This document shows positions 1 to 9,662 of a DNA stretch of 64,000 bases, piece by piece; position 1 is the stretch's first letter, and each line of letters opens with the position of its first letter. A model generated the notes under the pieces. The model was not told the DNA's origin and did not search any database. It saw nothing but the letters and a program-made list of their open reading frames with translations. Made by a program: the position numbers and the translations under genes. This stretch comes from Candidatus Latescibacterota bacterium (lineage in GTDB: Bacteria > Latescibacterota > UBA2968), in assembly GCA_965204745.1 (NCBI GenBank), contig OZ242010.1, positions 1,184,001-1,248,000 of the forward strand. The letters run 5' to 3'.

Positions 1-1738
1 TTGGCTCGCCGGGATAGGGATAGCGGTAAACAGAGGGCGTGCGGTTGACGACCCGCGCGACTACGGCTTCGGGCGCGAGGTGTTGCCACAACAGGCGATT
101 GGGCGAGTCGATGGGGGGATGGGGAAATTGAAAATCAAAATTGCCCAAGGCGTCGAGGAATGTCACTTCAAACCCCTCGCCAATGTGGGCATAGATCCAG
201 GTTTCCCACTTGTAGTTCAAAGACGCGCCATCTCGAAACAAGGCCCCTTGGTGGGGCAGCGGAAATATGGGCAGGCCGCGAACCTCGGGCGTGACGTGCA
301 TGGCCGCGCCTGCGCCGAACGATTCTGCTTGTAGGGATGAGGTGGTGGGCGCGATTTCGTGGAGGGCGTTCCCGGCCATGTCCATGAGGCGGTTCTTTAC
401 CCGAATCACTTTTGCATGGGTTTCAAAGACCAAGTGATCGGACCAACTGCGGTGATCGGGATGCCCAAAGCGGACGTACACGTCGCCACGCGCATCCCAT
501 GGCATTCGGCCTTCGGAAAAATTTTGAATCGCGTAATTCACGCGCCGATAGTGTTCCAATTTTCGCTCGTTGACCGGTGTCGTGGGCGTGGGGTCTCGCT
601 CGCGCCAGAACAAGCCGAGAAACGCGCGTTTTTCACGTTTGTCCGCCATGCGAAAGGTCTCGCGTTCTGTTGCGGATAAGAGCAAGGTGACATCCTCGTA
701 CAAGGCGCGTTCACGAGGCGGTATGAGGGATAGAAATTGCGAGAAGGTGGCTTCTGCCCGTTCGTAGTTGCCCGATTCCAAATATTGCGCGCCCAAAAGC
801 GGGAGGTACCGCTCGGGGTCTTTTTGTGCGAGGTCGCGCAGTTCTGTCGTGGTGTGGAGTGCTCGATTCAGATATTTCAATTCCAGGGCCACGCGCGCCA
901 ACCTGCCCCGCGCTACGCCGTGCGCTGGATTTACAGCCACTTGTTTTGACAAGGCTTTGACGGCTTTGTCGAAATAGTAGAGCGATTCGTAAAATACGCC
1001 CAGTTTGAAGTGCGCGTCTCGGTGGTTGGGAAAGCGTTTGACCACCTTGCCGAAATGGTGGTCCATATCCACGCTCCGCATCGCCAGATGGCACATCGCC
1101 AAATTGTAATACGCGGCTTCGTATTTCGCGTCTAAGGACACGGTGTCTCGAAAGAGGTCCAGCGCGCGGCGCACCTGCTTTTTTTGGATGAGACAGGCCA
1201 GGGCGCGGCCGTGGCGTGCGATGAGAAAGCGCCGATCCCTTTCCAGCACTTGCACAAAAATGCGTTCTGCCTCAGGGCCTTTGTGCTGTTCCAGCAAGGC
1301 GTAGCCCAGCGCGCACAGGGCGACGCGGTCGTCGGGATTGCTACTACGCATCCGCTCGAACAGAGCTACCGCATCATGGAGCAGAGCCGCATCGGGTGGC
1401 ACAGCGCGCGTTTTGTAGTGCCGGGGAATCAATCGCCCGCGCTCGAAAAATGCGTCCGATACGGTCAGATAGCGATGCCCGAGATGATACCCGTAGTAAA
1501 ATTGCAAGACCACGGGATTGTGGCGTTGCCAAAAGTCCATCAGAAATCGCGCTTTTGCCTCTCGGTCAAGGGCGCGATACGCAAACGCGCTGTCGGCCCC
1601 GGCGCGTTCTGCGATGAGAACAGCGGCGAGCGAATCTGCCTCGGCGTCAAAACGCTCGTGCAGACGCGCTCCCCAAACCGGCGCACACAGCAGGGCATAC
1701 GCAAATGCAATCATTGCGATTTTCAAATTAGGTTTCAT
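1..1738 (-). CDS. Secreted TPR-repeat, GWxTD-like domain protein (partial, runs off window start)
   Basis: Not in the ORF track. Manual translation from ATG at 1738: MKPNLKIAMIAFAYALLCAPVWG (signal peptide), TPR-like segments (AYYNLAMCHL, AHFKLGVFYE) and FWRERDPTPTTPVNERKLEHYRRV...PWDARGDVYVRFGHPD, typical of GWxTD domains. Confidence 0.8.
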   Translation of the reverse strand, partial: MKPNLKIAMIAFAYALLCAPVWGARLHERFDAEADSLAAVLIAERAGADSAFAYRALDREAKARFLMDFWQRHNPVVLQFYYGYHLGHRYLTVSDAFFERGRLIPRHYKTRAVPPDAALLHDAVALFERMRSSNPDDRVALCALGYALLEQHKGPEAERIFVQVLERDRRFLIARHGRALACLIQKKQVRRALDLFRDTVSLDAKYEAAYYNLAMCHLAMRSVDMDHHFGKVVKRFPNHRDAHFKLGVFYESLYYFDKAVKALSKQVAVNPAHGVARGRLARVALELKYLNRALHTTTELRDLAQKDPERYLPLLGAQYLESGNYERAEATFSQFLSLIPPRERALYEDVTLLLSATERETFRMADKREKRAFLGLFWRERDPTPTTPVNERKLEHYRRVNYAIQNFSEGRMPWDARGDVYVRFGHPDHRSWSDHLVFETHAKVIRVKNRLMDMAGNALHEIAPTTSSLQAESFGAGAAMHVTPEVRGLPIFPLPHQGALFRDGASLNYKWETWIYAHIGEGFEVTFLDALGNFDFQFPHPPIDSPNRLLWQHLAPEAVVARVVNRTPSVYRYPYPGEP

Positions 1739-4106
1739 AATCGGACCGTTGCAGATTGTAGATGCACCACAACGCGAGGGCATAAGCTACCGCGGCGAGA
1801 TAAAAGTTGGTAGAGATGCCGATGAAGATGGAGAAGAATACGGCCAGCGCGGAACACAGCACGCTCATGATGCCGTTTAGTGCCCAGAACCACGGGGTTT
1901 CGCTTTCGTAATTTGTTTGCACCAGACGCATGCCCATGGGAAAAAAAAGGCCCATGAGCATGCCCGTGGGAAAGATGACGAGAATGGACAACAGGATTTT
2001 CGTCTCCGTGGACTCGGAAATCATGTGGGTTAGTAAAAGGTGGAGAATGGCGTTGAGGGCGACAATGCTCAGGGCGGTTGTGATCGGGAAAATGTAGGTC
2101 CACGGTTTTCGCGTGAGGGGGAGATAATCGCTTGCAAAACTGCCCAGGCCCGTGCTTGCGATGAGGGTGAACAACAAGATGCCAAGCGAATAGATGGGAT
2201 GCCCCAGGAATACATTGAGCCGTTGAATCGAGGCTATTTCGACCAGCATAAAGGCCGCGCCGATCAAAGAGAAATACAGGGCCGCGAACCAAAAGCCGGG
2301 GGAGGGGCGAGCGTTTGGTTTGTGGGTGAGCCATAAGGGGACACAGATAGTCGCCCCGGCGACGATGCCCAGAACGATTAAAAGCGCGAGGAGTACTGCG
2401 GTGGCACGCAAGTTTCCGCTTATGACGCCTTCTTGTACTTTGAGCGCGGCACTTAGGTGGTTGAGTTTTAACATGTTAAAAAAATAGGGGTTGTCATCTA
2501 TCGGCGGCGCGTAGTTGAGTTTGGCGTGGGCTACGGCGTCCGCGAGTTGGTCGGCGGATTGGGCAGATACAATTTGCTTTAAGACCGGGGCCGCGGGTAA
2601 GTTGTCGGGCAGATGGATGATTTGGTATTGCAGCGCAGCGCAGACCCGTTTGAGGTGATCGATATCAGTCGCGCTCAAGGGGTTGCGGCAGATGATCAGG
2701 GTCGCGATGTTGCCGGTTGCGATGAGGGCCATGTGATCGGCCGGGGTCGTTACATCGAGGTGCAAGAGAGATGCGACTCCCAGACTCAAGACGCGCCCGG
2801 TTTCTCCGATGTGTTGGGGACTGTACCAGCGCGATACCGTGAAAATGCCATCTGGTGACAGGCGGCGGAGGAATGTCTGCCAGGCTTCCACGGTGTAAAG
2901 GGCATTTTCGGACAGGGAGAACGCGCCTGCGCCGGTTGCGGCCCAAGTGTCTATCAATGCCATCTGAATAACGGAGAATTGCTCGCGGCTTTGCGATAGG
3001 AAACTGCGTGCATCATCTACGATTAGGGTGACGCCCTCGTAGTCGGCGAGGCCGGCAAATTCTCGAAATTCGTTTTGGAGCAATTCGACGAATATGGGAT
3101 TGACTTCAATGCCCAAGACAGCGTTGTGACCAAAAGCGAGCGCGCTTAGGATGTCTTTGCCTCCGCCCACGCCGATTATGCAGGTTTTGCCCTGTCTGTT
3201 GAGGTAATATCCGATGTTCGTCACGTCATAGCGCAGGTGCTCGATGTCTTTTGGCGAGGCATGGCGAAGGATTTTCGTGTATGCGGCACCGTCGATTTTG
3301 ATGGCGTGCAAGACGATGTTTTCTTTTGGAGTTACAGGGCTGGGACCCCAAAGCGGTAGCGGCGTGGGCCTTTCTTCTTGGCGATAGACAACGACTTGGG
3401 AGAAGGAGTTCCAGCGTTCTAAAATTTGGTCGTCGAGTACTTGAAAAGTTTCTTTGATAAACATGGGGCGAATGCCATGCTGGGTTTGGGCGTTGAGGAT
3501 GCCCAACAAAAACAAGAGGAAGGCAAGGGCGGTATAGCGACGGGCGGATTGGGGTAGGCGAACAAAACACGCGCCGGCCAATGCCCCTATGCCGCTACAC
3601 CACAACATGAGGCTGGGGGCGTCCACGAGTTCAAGGCCACCCAAGACGATCAAACACCCCGCAGAAGCCCCTGTTAAGTCGCTGGCATAAAGTCTGCCAA
3701 TGGGCGCGTTGAAGCGCGTTAAGACAGCGGTGATGACGAGGCCAGAATAATAAAAGGGCGAAGCGCAGATCCAGGTTGTTGCGATGAGCACGATCAGGCT
3801 CAGGATGCTTTTGTAGAAGCCTATGGGCAATACGCACAAAAGGATCAGGCTGGCGGGTATGGACAGGGCAAATTTGAGACACGCTCGGGCAATCGCATCG
3901 GTTTTGTTCTCGCCGCCAAAGCGATCTTTTTGCACATAGACTTGGATAGCCCCCACAGTCATGCCCAGCATGGCGGTGGAGATGGCAAAGAATGCCAGAA
4001 AGTACCAGGTTATGACGCTGAGGAGACGCACCAGTACAATTTGGATTGCCAGCGAGGACAATGCGATTAAGAAGAGACCCGTGTAAGTCGAGGCTTCATT
4101 TTTCAT
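1728..4106 (-). CDS. Membrane-embedded spermidine-synthase-like class I SAM-dependent transferase
   Basis: Transmembrane blocks at both ends flank IIGVGGGKD, GIEVNP, DDARSFL and LYTVEAW motifs; likely start MKNEAS at 4106. Confidence 0.8.
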   Translation of the reverse strand: MKNEASTYTGLFLIALSSLAIQIVLVRLLSVITWYFLAFFAISTAMLGMTVGAIQVYVQKDRFGGENKTDAIARACLKFALSIPASLILLCVLPIGFYKSILSLIVLIATTWICASPFYYSGLVITAVLTRFNAPIGRLYASDLTGASAGCLIVLGGLELVDAPSLMLWCSGIGALAGACFVRLPQSARRYTALAFLLFLLGILNAQTQHGIRPMFIKETFQVLDDQILERWNSFSQVVVYRQEERPTPLPLWGPSPVTPKENIVLHAIKIDGAAYTKILRHASPKDIEHLRYDVTNIGYYLNRQGKTCIIGVGGGKDILSALAFGHNAVLGIEVNPIFVELLQNEFREFAGLADYEGVTLIVDDARSFLSQSREQFSVIQMALIDTWAATGAGAFSLSENALYTVEAWQTFLRRLSPDGIFTVSRWYSPQHIGETGRVLSLGVASLLHLDVTTPADHMALIATGNIATLIICRNPLSATDIDHLKRVCAALQYQIIHLPDNLPAAPVLKQIVSAQSADQLADAVAHAKLNYAPPIDDNPYFFNMLKLNHLSAALKVQEGVISGNLRATAVLLALLIVLGIVAGATICVPLWLTHKPNARPSPGFWFAALYFSLIGAAFMLVEIASIQRLNVFLGHPIYSLGILLFTLIASTGLGSFASDYLPLTRKPWTYIFPITTALSIVALNAILHLLLTHMISESTETKILLSILVIFPTGMLMGLFFPMGMRLVQTNYESETPWFWALNGIMSVLCSALAVFFSIFIGISTNFYLAAVAYALALWCIYNLQRSDYET

Positions 4107-4147
4107 GGGCGATAGAATGCGAAATGATGAAGCAGGATGTGAGTTTA

Positions 4148-4285
4148 AGTCGTGTTGACATTTGCGCCCTGCAACTGACAAGCGGTTTATATCGCAGGAT
4201 ATGCTCTCGGTTTGAGAAACTGGGATAGGTACTTCGGAGTTCTCTGTTTGCTCCCACTTTCATCGCAAAAAATAAAATGTCAACA
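4148..4285. mobile_element. Short MITE-like IS5-family derivative
   Basis: Ends AGTCGTGTTGACATTT...AAAATGTCAACA; internal YRRICSRFEKL transposase-tail remnant shared with copies at 50490 and 56345. Confidence 0.7.
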
Positions 4286-4323
4286 AGCGGGGTACAACTG
4301 GGCGACAGCCAGTTCAAAGGCGA
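4284..4323. repeat. Dispersed ~40-bp intergenic repeat (GCGGGGTACAACTGG...TCAAAGGC)
   Basis: Near-identical copies at ~6466-6510 and ~45632-45678. Confidence 0.7.
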
Positions 4324-4477
4324 ACGTCATGACGTAAGTAATCCAGTGACCTTTGCCTTTATTTTCTGAGGAAGGTACGCCGGTTTGGTGGATTGGACAA
4401 GATCCAATGATTGTGCGAGGTTTGATCGACCGTTGCTTTGAGGCGAGAAGCAGGGAGGCAGGCTCTCGGCTTCTTTC

Positions 4478-4506
4478 TTGACAGGCCCTATTGCCTGACC
4501 TATATA
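4478..4506 (+). promoter_or_regulatory. Putative sigma70 promoter
   Basis: TTGACA-17 bp-TATATA about 75 bp upstream of the CDS at 4581. Confidence 0.55.
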
Positions 4507-4580
4507 GATGTTGTTGATTATATGATTTGGTTTTACGGGCAAGGTCGCGGGGTGCTGTTTTCCGATGAGTTGATTGCGCC

Positions 4581-6413
4581 ATGATGAAAGACGATGCGAT
4601 GGAGCGGATCTCGCGCTGGTTTCCCTGGGTTGTGGGCGGGGTTGCGGTTGTGATCCGTTTTTTTTATTTGCGATCATTTTGGGCAGATCATCCGTTTTCG
4701 CAAAAGTTGATTTCGGATGCGCGGATTTTTGACGATTGGGCATGGCGCGTCGCGTCCGGGGATTGGCTCGGCCCTGCCGAAGTGTTTGTTTTGCCGCCGC
4801 TATATCCATACCTCATGGGCGTTGTGTACGCGGTTGTTGGGCACGCGCCCAAAGTGATCGCCGCGTTGCAGGCCGTTGCCGGTTGCGCGACTGCTGTTTT
4901 GGTTTATCGCTTGGGGGCGCGGCATTTTGGTGCAGGTGCCGGGCTGATGGCGGGGTTGCTGTTTGCCGGGTATGGGCCGCAGATGTTTTACGAAGGCATG
5001 TTGCTGGGCACTTCTTGGGCTGCGCTTCTCTGTGTGTTGGGGCTGGCGTTGATCGATGCGGGGAACGGTGAGCGCGGGGGGTGGTATTGCGGAGTGGTCG
5101 GATTGGTTTTTGGGCTGGCAGTGCTGATGCGGCCCAATGCGTTGGCGGCCATTCCGTTTGTGCTGGTAGGCGCGTGGTGGGGGCATTACAGAGACAAGCC
5201 GGTGCGAATCTCTGTGAAATTGGGCGGTTGCTTTTTTGTGGGGTTGATGGTGCCGTTGCTCCTGTGCGGTTTGCGGAATGGACTAGTGGCGGACGATTGG
5301 GTGTTGATAACAGCGCACGGGGGCATCAATTTTTACATGGGCAATCACGCAGACGCGCCAGGCTGGTTTTCAGCACCGGCTGGCGTGGATGCACAGATTA
5401 CGCCGGCCGGGGCGCAGGGCAATTTGGAAGGCCCGCGCCGCGTGGCCGAGGCCGCGCTTGGGCGGTCGTTGAAGGCGTCGGAGGTTTCGGCATTTTGGTT
5501 CGACAAAGGGCTTGCGTTTTGGCTGGACGATCCGTGGGGGGTGCTCGCGGTGACATGGCGGAAGGTGCGGTTGTTTGCGTTGGGGTACGAGGTGCCGCTC
5601 AATTACAATTTTTATTACCAGCGAAAGTTTTCCGCGTTTTTGCGCTTTCCCCTCACCGAGTTGTGGGTGTTGTTGCCGCTGGCCCTTGTCGGGCTCGCGG
5701 TGCATATCCGACGGTTTGATCGGCATGCGGTGTTGTATTTGTGGCTCGTCGGCTATGCAGCAGGGGTGGTGGCTTTTCATGTGTCGTCTCGCTACCGCAT
5801 GCCCGCCATTCCCATCGCGATGGTGTTTGCGGGCATGGGGGTATGGACGCTGGTAGGATGGATACAGGCACGCCGGTGGAGATCTCTGTACATTGGCGCG
5901 GCGATGCTGGTCTTGCTGTGGGCGGGTTATCGCGTGGCGTTGGACGCGCAACTCGCCAAAACGAATTGGGGAATGGATCCCTTCAACTTGGGCACGGCTT
6001 ATTTGTGGCAAAATGAAAATGAACGCGCATTATCCCTTCTCGAAGAAGCAGAGAGCTATGGGCAGGGCGATGCGTCTTTGTATTACAATTTGGGATTGGC
6101 CTATGCGCGGGCGGAAAAGACAGATGCCGCAGAGAACGCATATCGCCGGGCGCTGTTGCAAGACCCCGATCTGGTCAGTGCGTATGTCAATTTGGGCAAT
6201 ATTCTGTTTCACGAGGGCGAGTTTCAAGACGCCATCAGTACCTATCAGGAGGCATTGAAGCGGGATGCCGATACGCACAATGCACGGGCGAATATGGGCT
6301 GGGCGTATTTGTCTTTGGGACGGGTTGAGGACGCGCGAAGAGCATGGCGCAGGGTTTTGCAAACCGCGGCCAATCACCCTTCGGCAAAGGCGGGGATGGC
6401 GCGGATTCAGTGA
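4581..6413 (+). CDS. GT-C (PMT/ArnT-like) membrane glycosyltransferase with C-terminal TPRs
   Basis: PPLYPY, LAVLMRPN, GINFYMGN and SRYRMP motifs, many TM helices, TPR tail. Confidence 0.8.
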   Translation: MMKDDAMERISRWFPWVVGGVAVVIRFFYLRSFWADHPFSQKLISDARIFDDWAWRVASGDWLGPAEVFVLPPLYPYLMGVVYAVVGHAPKVIAALQAVAGCATAVLVYRLGARHFGAGAGLMAGLLFAGYGPQMFYEGMLLGTSWAALLCVLGLALIDAGNGERGGWYCGVVGLVFGLAVLMRPNALAAIPFVLVGAWWGHYRDKPVRISVKLGGCFFVGLMVPLLLCGLRNGLVADDWVLITAHGGINFYMGNHADAPGWFSAPAGVDAQITPAGAQGNLEGPRRVAEAALGRSLKASEVSAFWFDKGLAFWLDDPWGVLAVTWRKVRLFALGYEVPLNYNFYYQRKFSAFLRFPLTELWVLLPLALVGLAVHIRRFDRHAVLYLWLVGYAAGVVAFHVSSRYRMPAIPIAMVFAGMGVWTLVGWIQARRWRSLYIGAAMLVLLWAGYRVALDAQLAKTNWGMDPFNLGTAYLWQNENERALSLLEEAESYGQGDASLYYNLGLAYARAEKTDAAENAYRRALLQDPDLVSAYVNLGNILFHEGEFQDAISTYQEALKRDADTHNARANMGWAYLSLGRVEDARRAWRRVLQTAANHPSAKAGMARIQ

Positions 6414-6465
6414 GGAATGAGAAGTAACCACATAAGAACGCAGATGAAAGGCGAAATGCAACTTT

Positions 6466-6510
6466 TGCCACGAGCGGGGTACAACTGGCGACAGGCCGTT
6501 CAAAGGCGAG
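6466..6510. repeat. Dispersed ~40-bp intergenic repeat copy
   Basis: GCCACGAGCGGGGTACAACTGGCGACAGGCCGTTCAAAGGCGA. Confidence 0.7.
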
Positions 6511-6610
6511 ATACCCGCCTGTCGTCACTCCGGCGCACGCATAGCCAACGCCGGAGGCCAGCGGCTTTTGTTTTTTGACATGTAGTAAGACGTGAAATCG
6601 GAGTGAGCGA

Positions 6611-8563
6611 ATGGCGATTCGGGAAGAACGAGCGCGGGCAGTACTCGTTCGGCGAGCGGTGACTGTGCGGGCGATTGTGATCGGGGCGATGTGTGCGGGG
6701 TTTTTGGGGTGGGGCGGACATTTTACGCGGCATATTGCCCATACGACAAAGATGGCGCAGGATCATTTGCCGTGGGGGGCGGTGGTGCCGTTTTTGTTGA
6801 TCGCGGTCGTGCTGAATAAGGTGCTGGAAAAGGTGCGTCCGCAGTGGGTTCTGCGCCCGTCGGAATTGCTGGTTATTTTCAGTATGGGACTGGTGGCGTC
6901 GGCATTGCCGAGCTATTTTATGGGGCATCTGATCGCCAATGTGTCCGCGCCGTTTTATTTTGCGAATACCGAGAACCGATGGGCGGAAGACCTGCATCCG
7001 CATTTGCCGGATTGGGCGGTTGTGACCGATGTGACGGTTGCGCGGTGGTTTTTCGAGGGGTTGCCAGCCGGTGCCGATATTCCTTGGGGGGTGTGGGTGA
7101 CGCCGATGGTCTGGCGGCTGAGTCTGGTGTTTATGATCGGCGCGTTTGGGTTTTGTGCGGTTTCCATGATGCGGAAGCAGTGGGTGGAGCACGAGCGGTT
7201 GCCCTTTCCGTTGATGACGTTGCCGCTGGAACTGGTCAACAGGAGGCCGCGTGGGTTTTGGCCGGTGGGCATGATGAACCGGCCCGTGTTCTGGTGGGGA
7301 TTCGCGTTGGCGTCGTTTCCCATTTACTGGAATATGATCGGCTATTTTCAGCCGCTGTTTCCCACGATTCCGCGCGATTTGGGGTTGATGGAATTTGGCC
7401 GGTATTTCCCGCCGATTCACACGCGGTTTTATCCGGTGATTATCGGGGTGTCGTATTTTATGGATTTGGATGTGTCGTTCAGCATTATTGTGTTTCACCT
7501 CTTGTTGACGTTTGAGATGGGGATGTTCAACCGCCTGGGCATCGAGATAGGCCCAACCCATGTGTGGCCGGCATCGGAGTTTGAAAACTGGCAGGGGTTT
7601 GGCGCGCTGTGCGTGCTGGTGCCGTGGAGTTTGTGGATGGCGCGGGCGCATTTGAAGCAGGTGTTTCGCAAGGCCGTGTTCAATGCGCGGGAAGTGGATG
7701 ATTCGGGCGAGTTGTTGTCTTACCGAGCGGCTTTCGGTGGGTTGCTGGCGAGCGGGTTGTTTATTTTGGGCTGGTGCGTGGCGTCGGGCATGTCGGTTTT
7801 TGTAGCCCTCACTTTTTTGGGACTCGTGGTGTTGATCTGGTTGGGCATTACGCGCGTTTGCGTGGAGGGCGGGTTGATCAGCAGCCGGATGATTCAGGGG
7901 CAGTTCGTCGCATACCACCTGCTGGGGCCCGTGAATATTTCGCCATCCGGGATGGCGGCGTTCGCGCTGACCGAGACGTGGCACCACGATATCAAGACGA
8001 TTTTGATGGCGAATTTGGGCAATGCCACGCGGCTTTACGACAGCATGCGCCACGAGCGCGCACGCTTGGTCATCGCTTTGGGATTGGCGATGGGGGTGGT
8101 GATAACGAGCAGCGCGTATTATCAAATTTCGTCGAGCTACGCGACTGGGGCGTTTAATTACGGCGGGATTTATGGCCCTTATGTGCAGAATACGTATGAT
8201 ACGATTGCCGCGCATATCCGGGATCCCTTCGCGCTGAAGCGCGAGCGCGTGTTGATCGCGCTGATTGGGATGGCGACCACGGCGTTGATGCTGTCCTTGC
8301 GGTACGTGTGGCCCCGGTGGCCCTTGCATCCGATTGGCTTTGCCGCGGTGACGGCGTATCCGGTCAACCGCATTGTGTTTTCGATCTTTTTTGCGTGGTT
8401 TGCCAAGTTTGTCATTTTGCGCGCTGGTGGGATTGAGTTGTACCGCAAAGCGTCGCCGTTTTTCCTGGGGCTTATGGTGGGGTATTTCACGGGTGTATTT
8501 GTGTCGTTTTTGGTAGATTGTATCTGGTTTCCGGGACAGGGCCATTCACTGGCGTTGTATTAA
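6611..8563 (+). CDS. DUF6785/DUF6784-type polytopic membrane protein (putative peptide transporter)
   Basis: 650 aa; RKQWVEHERLPFPL, WPLHPIGF and PFFLGLMVG motifs. Confidence 0.75.
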   Translation: MAIREERARAVLVRRAVTVRAIVIGAMCAGFLGWGGHFTRHIAHTTKMAQDHLPWGAVVPFLLIAVVLNKVLEKVRPQWVLRPSELLVIFSMGLVASALPSYFMGHLIANVSAPFYFANTENRWAEDLHPHLPDWAVVTDVTVARWFFEGLPAGADIPWGVWVTPMVWRLSLVFMIGAFGFCAVSMMRKQWVEHERLPFPLMTLPLELVNRRPRGFWPVGMMNRPVFWWGFALASFPIYWNMIGYFQPLFPTIPRDLGLMEFGRYFPPIHTRFYPVIIGVSYFMDLDVSFSIIVFHLLLTFEMGMFNRLGIEIGPTHVWPASEFENWQGFGALCVLVPWSLWMARAHLKQVFRKAVFNAREVDDSGELLSYRAAFGGLLASGLFILGWCVASGMSVFVALTFLGLVVLIWLGITRVCVEGGLISSRMIQGQFVAYHLLGPVNISPSGMAAFALTETWHHDIKTILMANLGNATRLYDSMRHERARLVIALGLAMGVVITSSAYYQISSSYATGAFNYGGIYGPYVQNTYDTIAAHIRDPFALKRERVLIALIGMATTALMLSLRYVWPRWPLHPIGFAAVTAYPVNRIVFSIFFAWFAKFVILRAGGIELYRKASPFFLGLMVGYFTGVFVSFLVDCIWFPGQGHSLALY

Positions 8564-8571
8564 GGAATAAA

Positions 8572-8680
8572 CCATCCGCGGCCGTAACTGGTATTATTGA
8601 CACCGAGAAGAGAACGACCATGACCACCGACACCACTGAACGCGCCCTAGAGCAGCGCGTCTGTGCGATGCTGACCCACA
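8572..8680 (+). pseudogene. Scar resembling type I RM hsdS 3' end plus hsdR 5' end
   Basis: SAAVTGIID resembles the HsdS C-terminal ISAAVTGKID; MTTDTTERALE resembles HsdR N-termini (MTTDTSEKGLE). Confidence 0.5.
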
Positions 8681-8704
8681 GGGGCAATGCGCGTTTGCAA
8701 TGGA

Positions 8705-9082
8705 CTATATACCGAGTGTCTGAACAACCCGCTCTGCGCCCCACGGCTCATTGCCACGCCGAACGCGAATGGCGTAGCGGGTGCTTGGCTCAAGTCCTGT
8801 GAATGTGTAGCGAGCACCTATATTGACAGCGAACCCATACGTGCGTTGAACGCGGACACCTACGCCAACCTCTGCGGGTTCGCCAATATAGATGCCGGGA
8901 TCACCTCGCAGTTGCACCTGCCAACTGCCATTGCCCACGTCACCCTCCATAGCAATAGTGATGCTATGGGTATCTATTCGGGTGACAAACCAACGTGGCT
9001 CATCGTGCTCTGTCGGCCCCAAGGGGGGCCGTTGGCACGCCCCCGCGCCGATAAGCACGGCCAACAGCATCACCTTGTTCAT
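8705..9082 (-). CDS. Small lipoprotein with fibronectin type III-like domain
   Basis: MNKVMLLAVLIGAGAC lipobox; YTFTGLEPSTRYAIRVR FN3-like motif. Confidence 0.7.
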   Translation of the reverse strand: MNKVMLLAVLIGAGACQRPPLGPTEHDEPRWFVTRIDTHSITIAMEGDVGNGSWQVQLRGDPGIYIGEPAEVGVGVRVQRTYGFAVNIGARYTFTGLEPSTRYAIRVRRGNEPWGAERVVQTLGI

Positions 9083-9309
9083 TGCCATTTCCAAAGCCGC
9101 TGGGCGGAGATCAAATGGTCAACACCACGATTACAAATCACGCGCTTTACCCGTTGATCTACGGAGGCTTGTCGGGAAAAAACAAAAGACACCGAAGGCG
9201 AGGGTGCTGGATTTCAATACCCCAGTAGGCGGGGCGTCCACATAGAAAAACAAGACGCTCTCATTTCAGAAGCGTCTTCTCAAATCCAACAAAAATCCCG
9301 ATCCGACTT

Positions 9310-9567
9310 TTAAGCTTTGGCAAAAGAGACCTCGTAACTTTTCACAATAATTCGATCCATATACTTCAAAATATCGGGGCGTCTGATTACAAGGCGCTCC
9401 CTCTCTCGAACCATGTCCTCCAAAGCAATGCCGTATCGCTTAATTGCAATGAGAATATCGCCCAAAACAGCCTTAAGCAAACGCAAATCGCCCTCATCTA
9501 CAACGATCTCAAGATAGACGACAATATCTTTTGCTGTCTCCAAACCCTCGATAGGATCCCACGGCAA
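9310..9567 (-). CDS. Hypothetical protein or gene fragment
   Basis: 85-aa AT-rich ORF with protein-like composition; weak start. Confidence 0.35.
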   Translation of the reverse strand: MPWDPIEGLETAKDIVVYLEIVVDEGDLRLLKAVLGDILIAIKRYGIALEDMVRERERLVIRRPDILKYMDRIIVKSYEVSFAKA

Positions 9568-9662
9568 TATCTTCTTTTTTTATTTTTTTTTATAAATCGA
9601 CGCCAAATTTTTGGCCTTTTTAATATTTCGGCTCTGCGACCCCTTATCACCACCCCACAAAG

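Noticed and set aside
6500-8545. Long antisense ORFs (681 aa here; also 47592-49058, 56695-58011, 18885-20057)
   Set aside because: Shadows of well-supported genes on the opposite strand, expected with GC-rich codon usage
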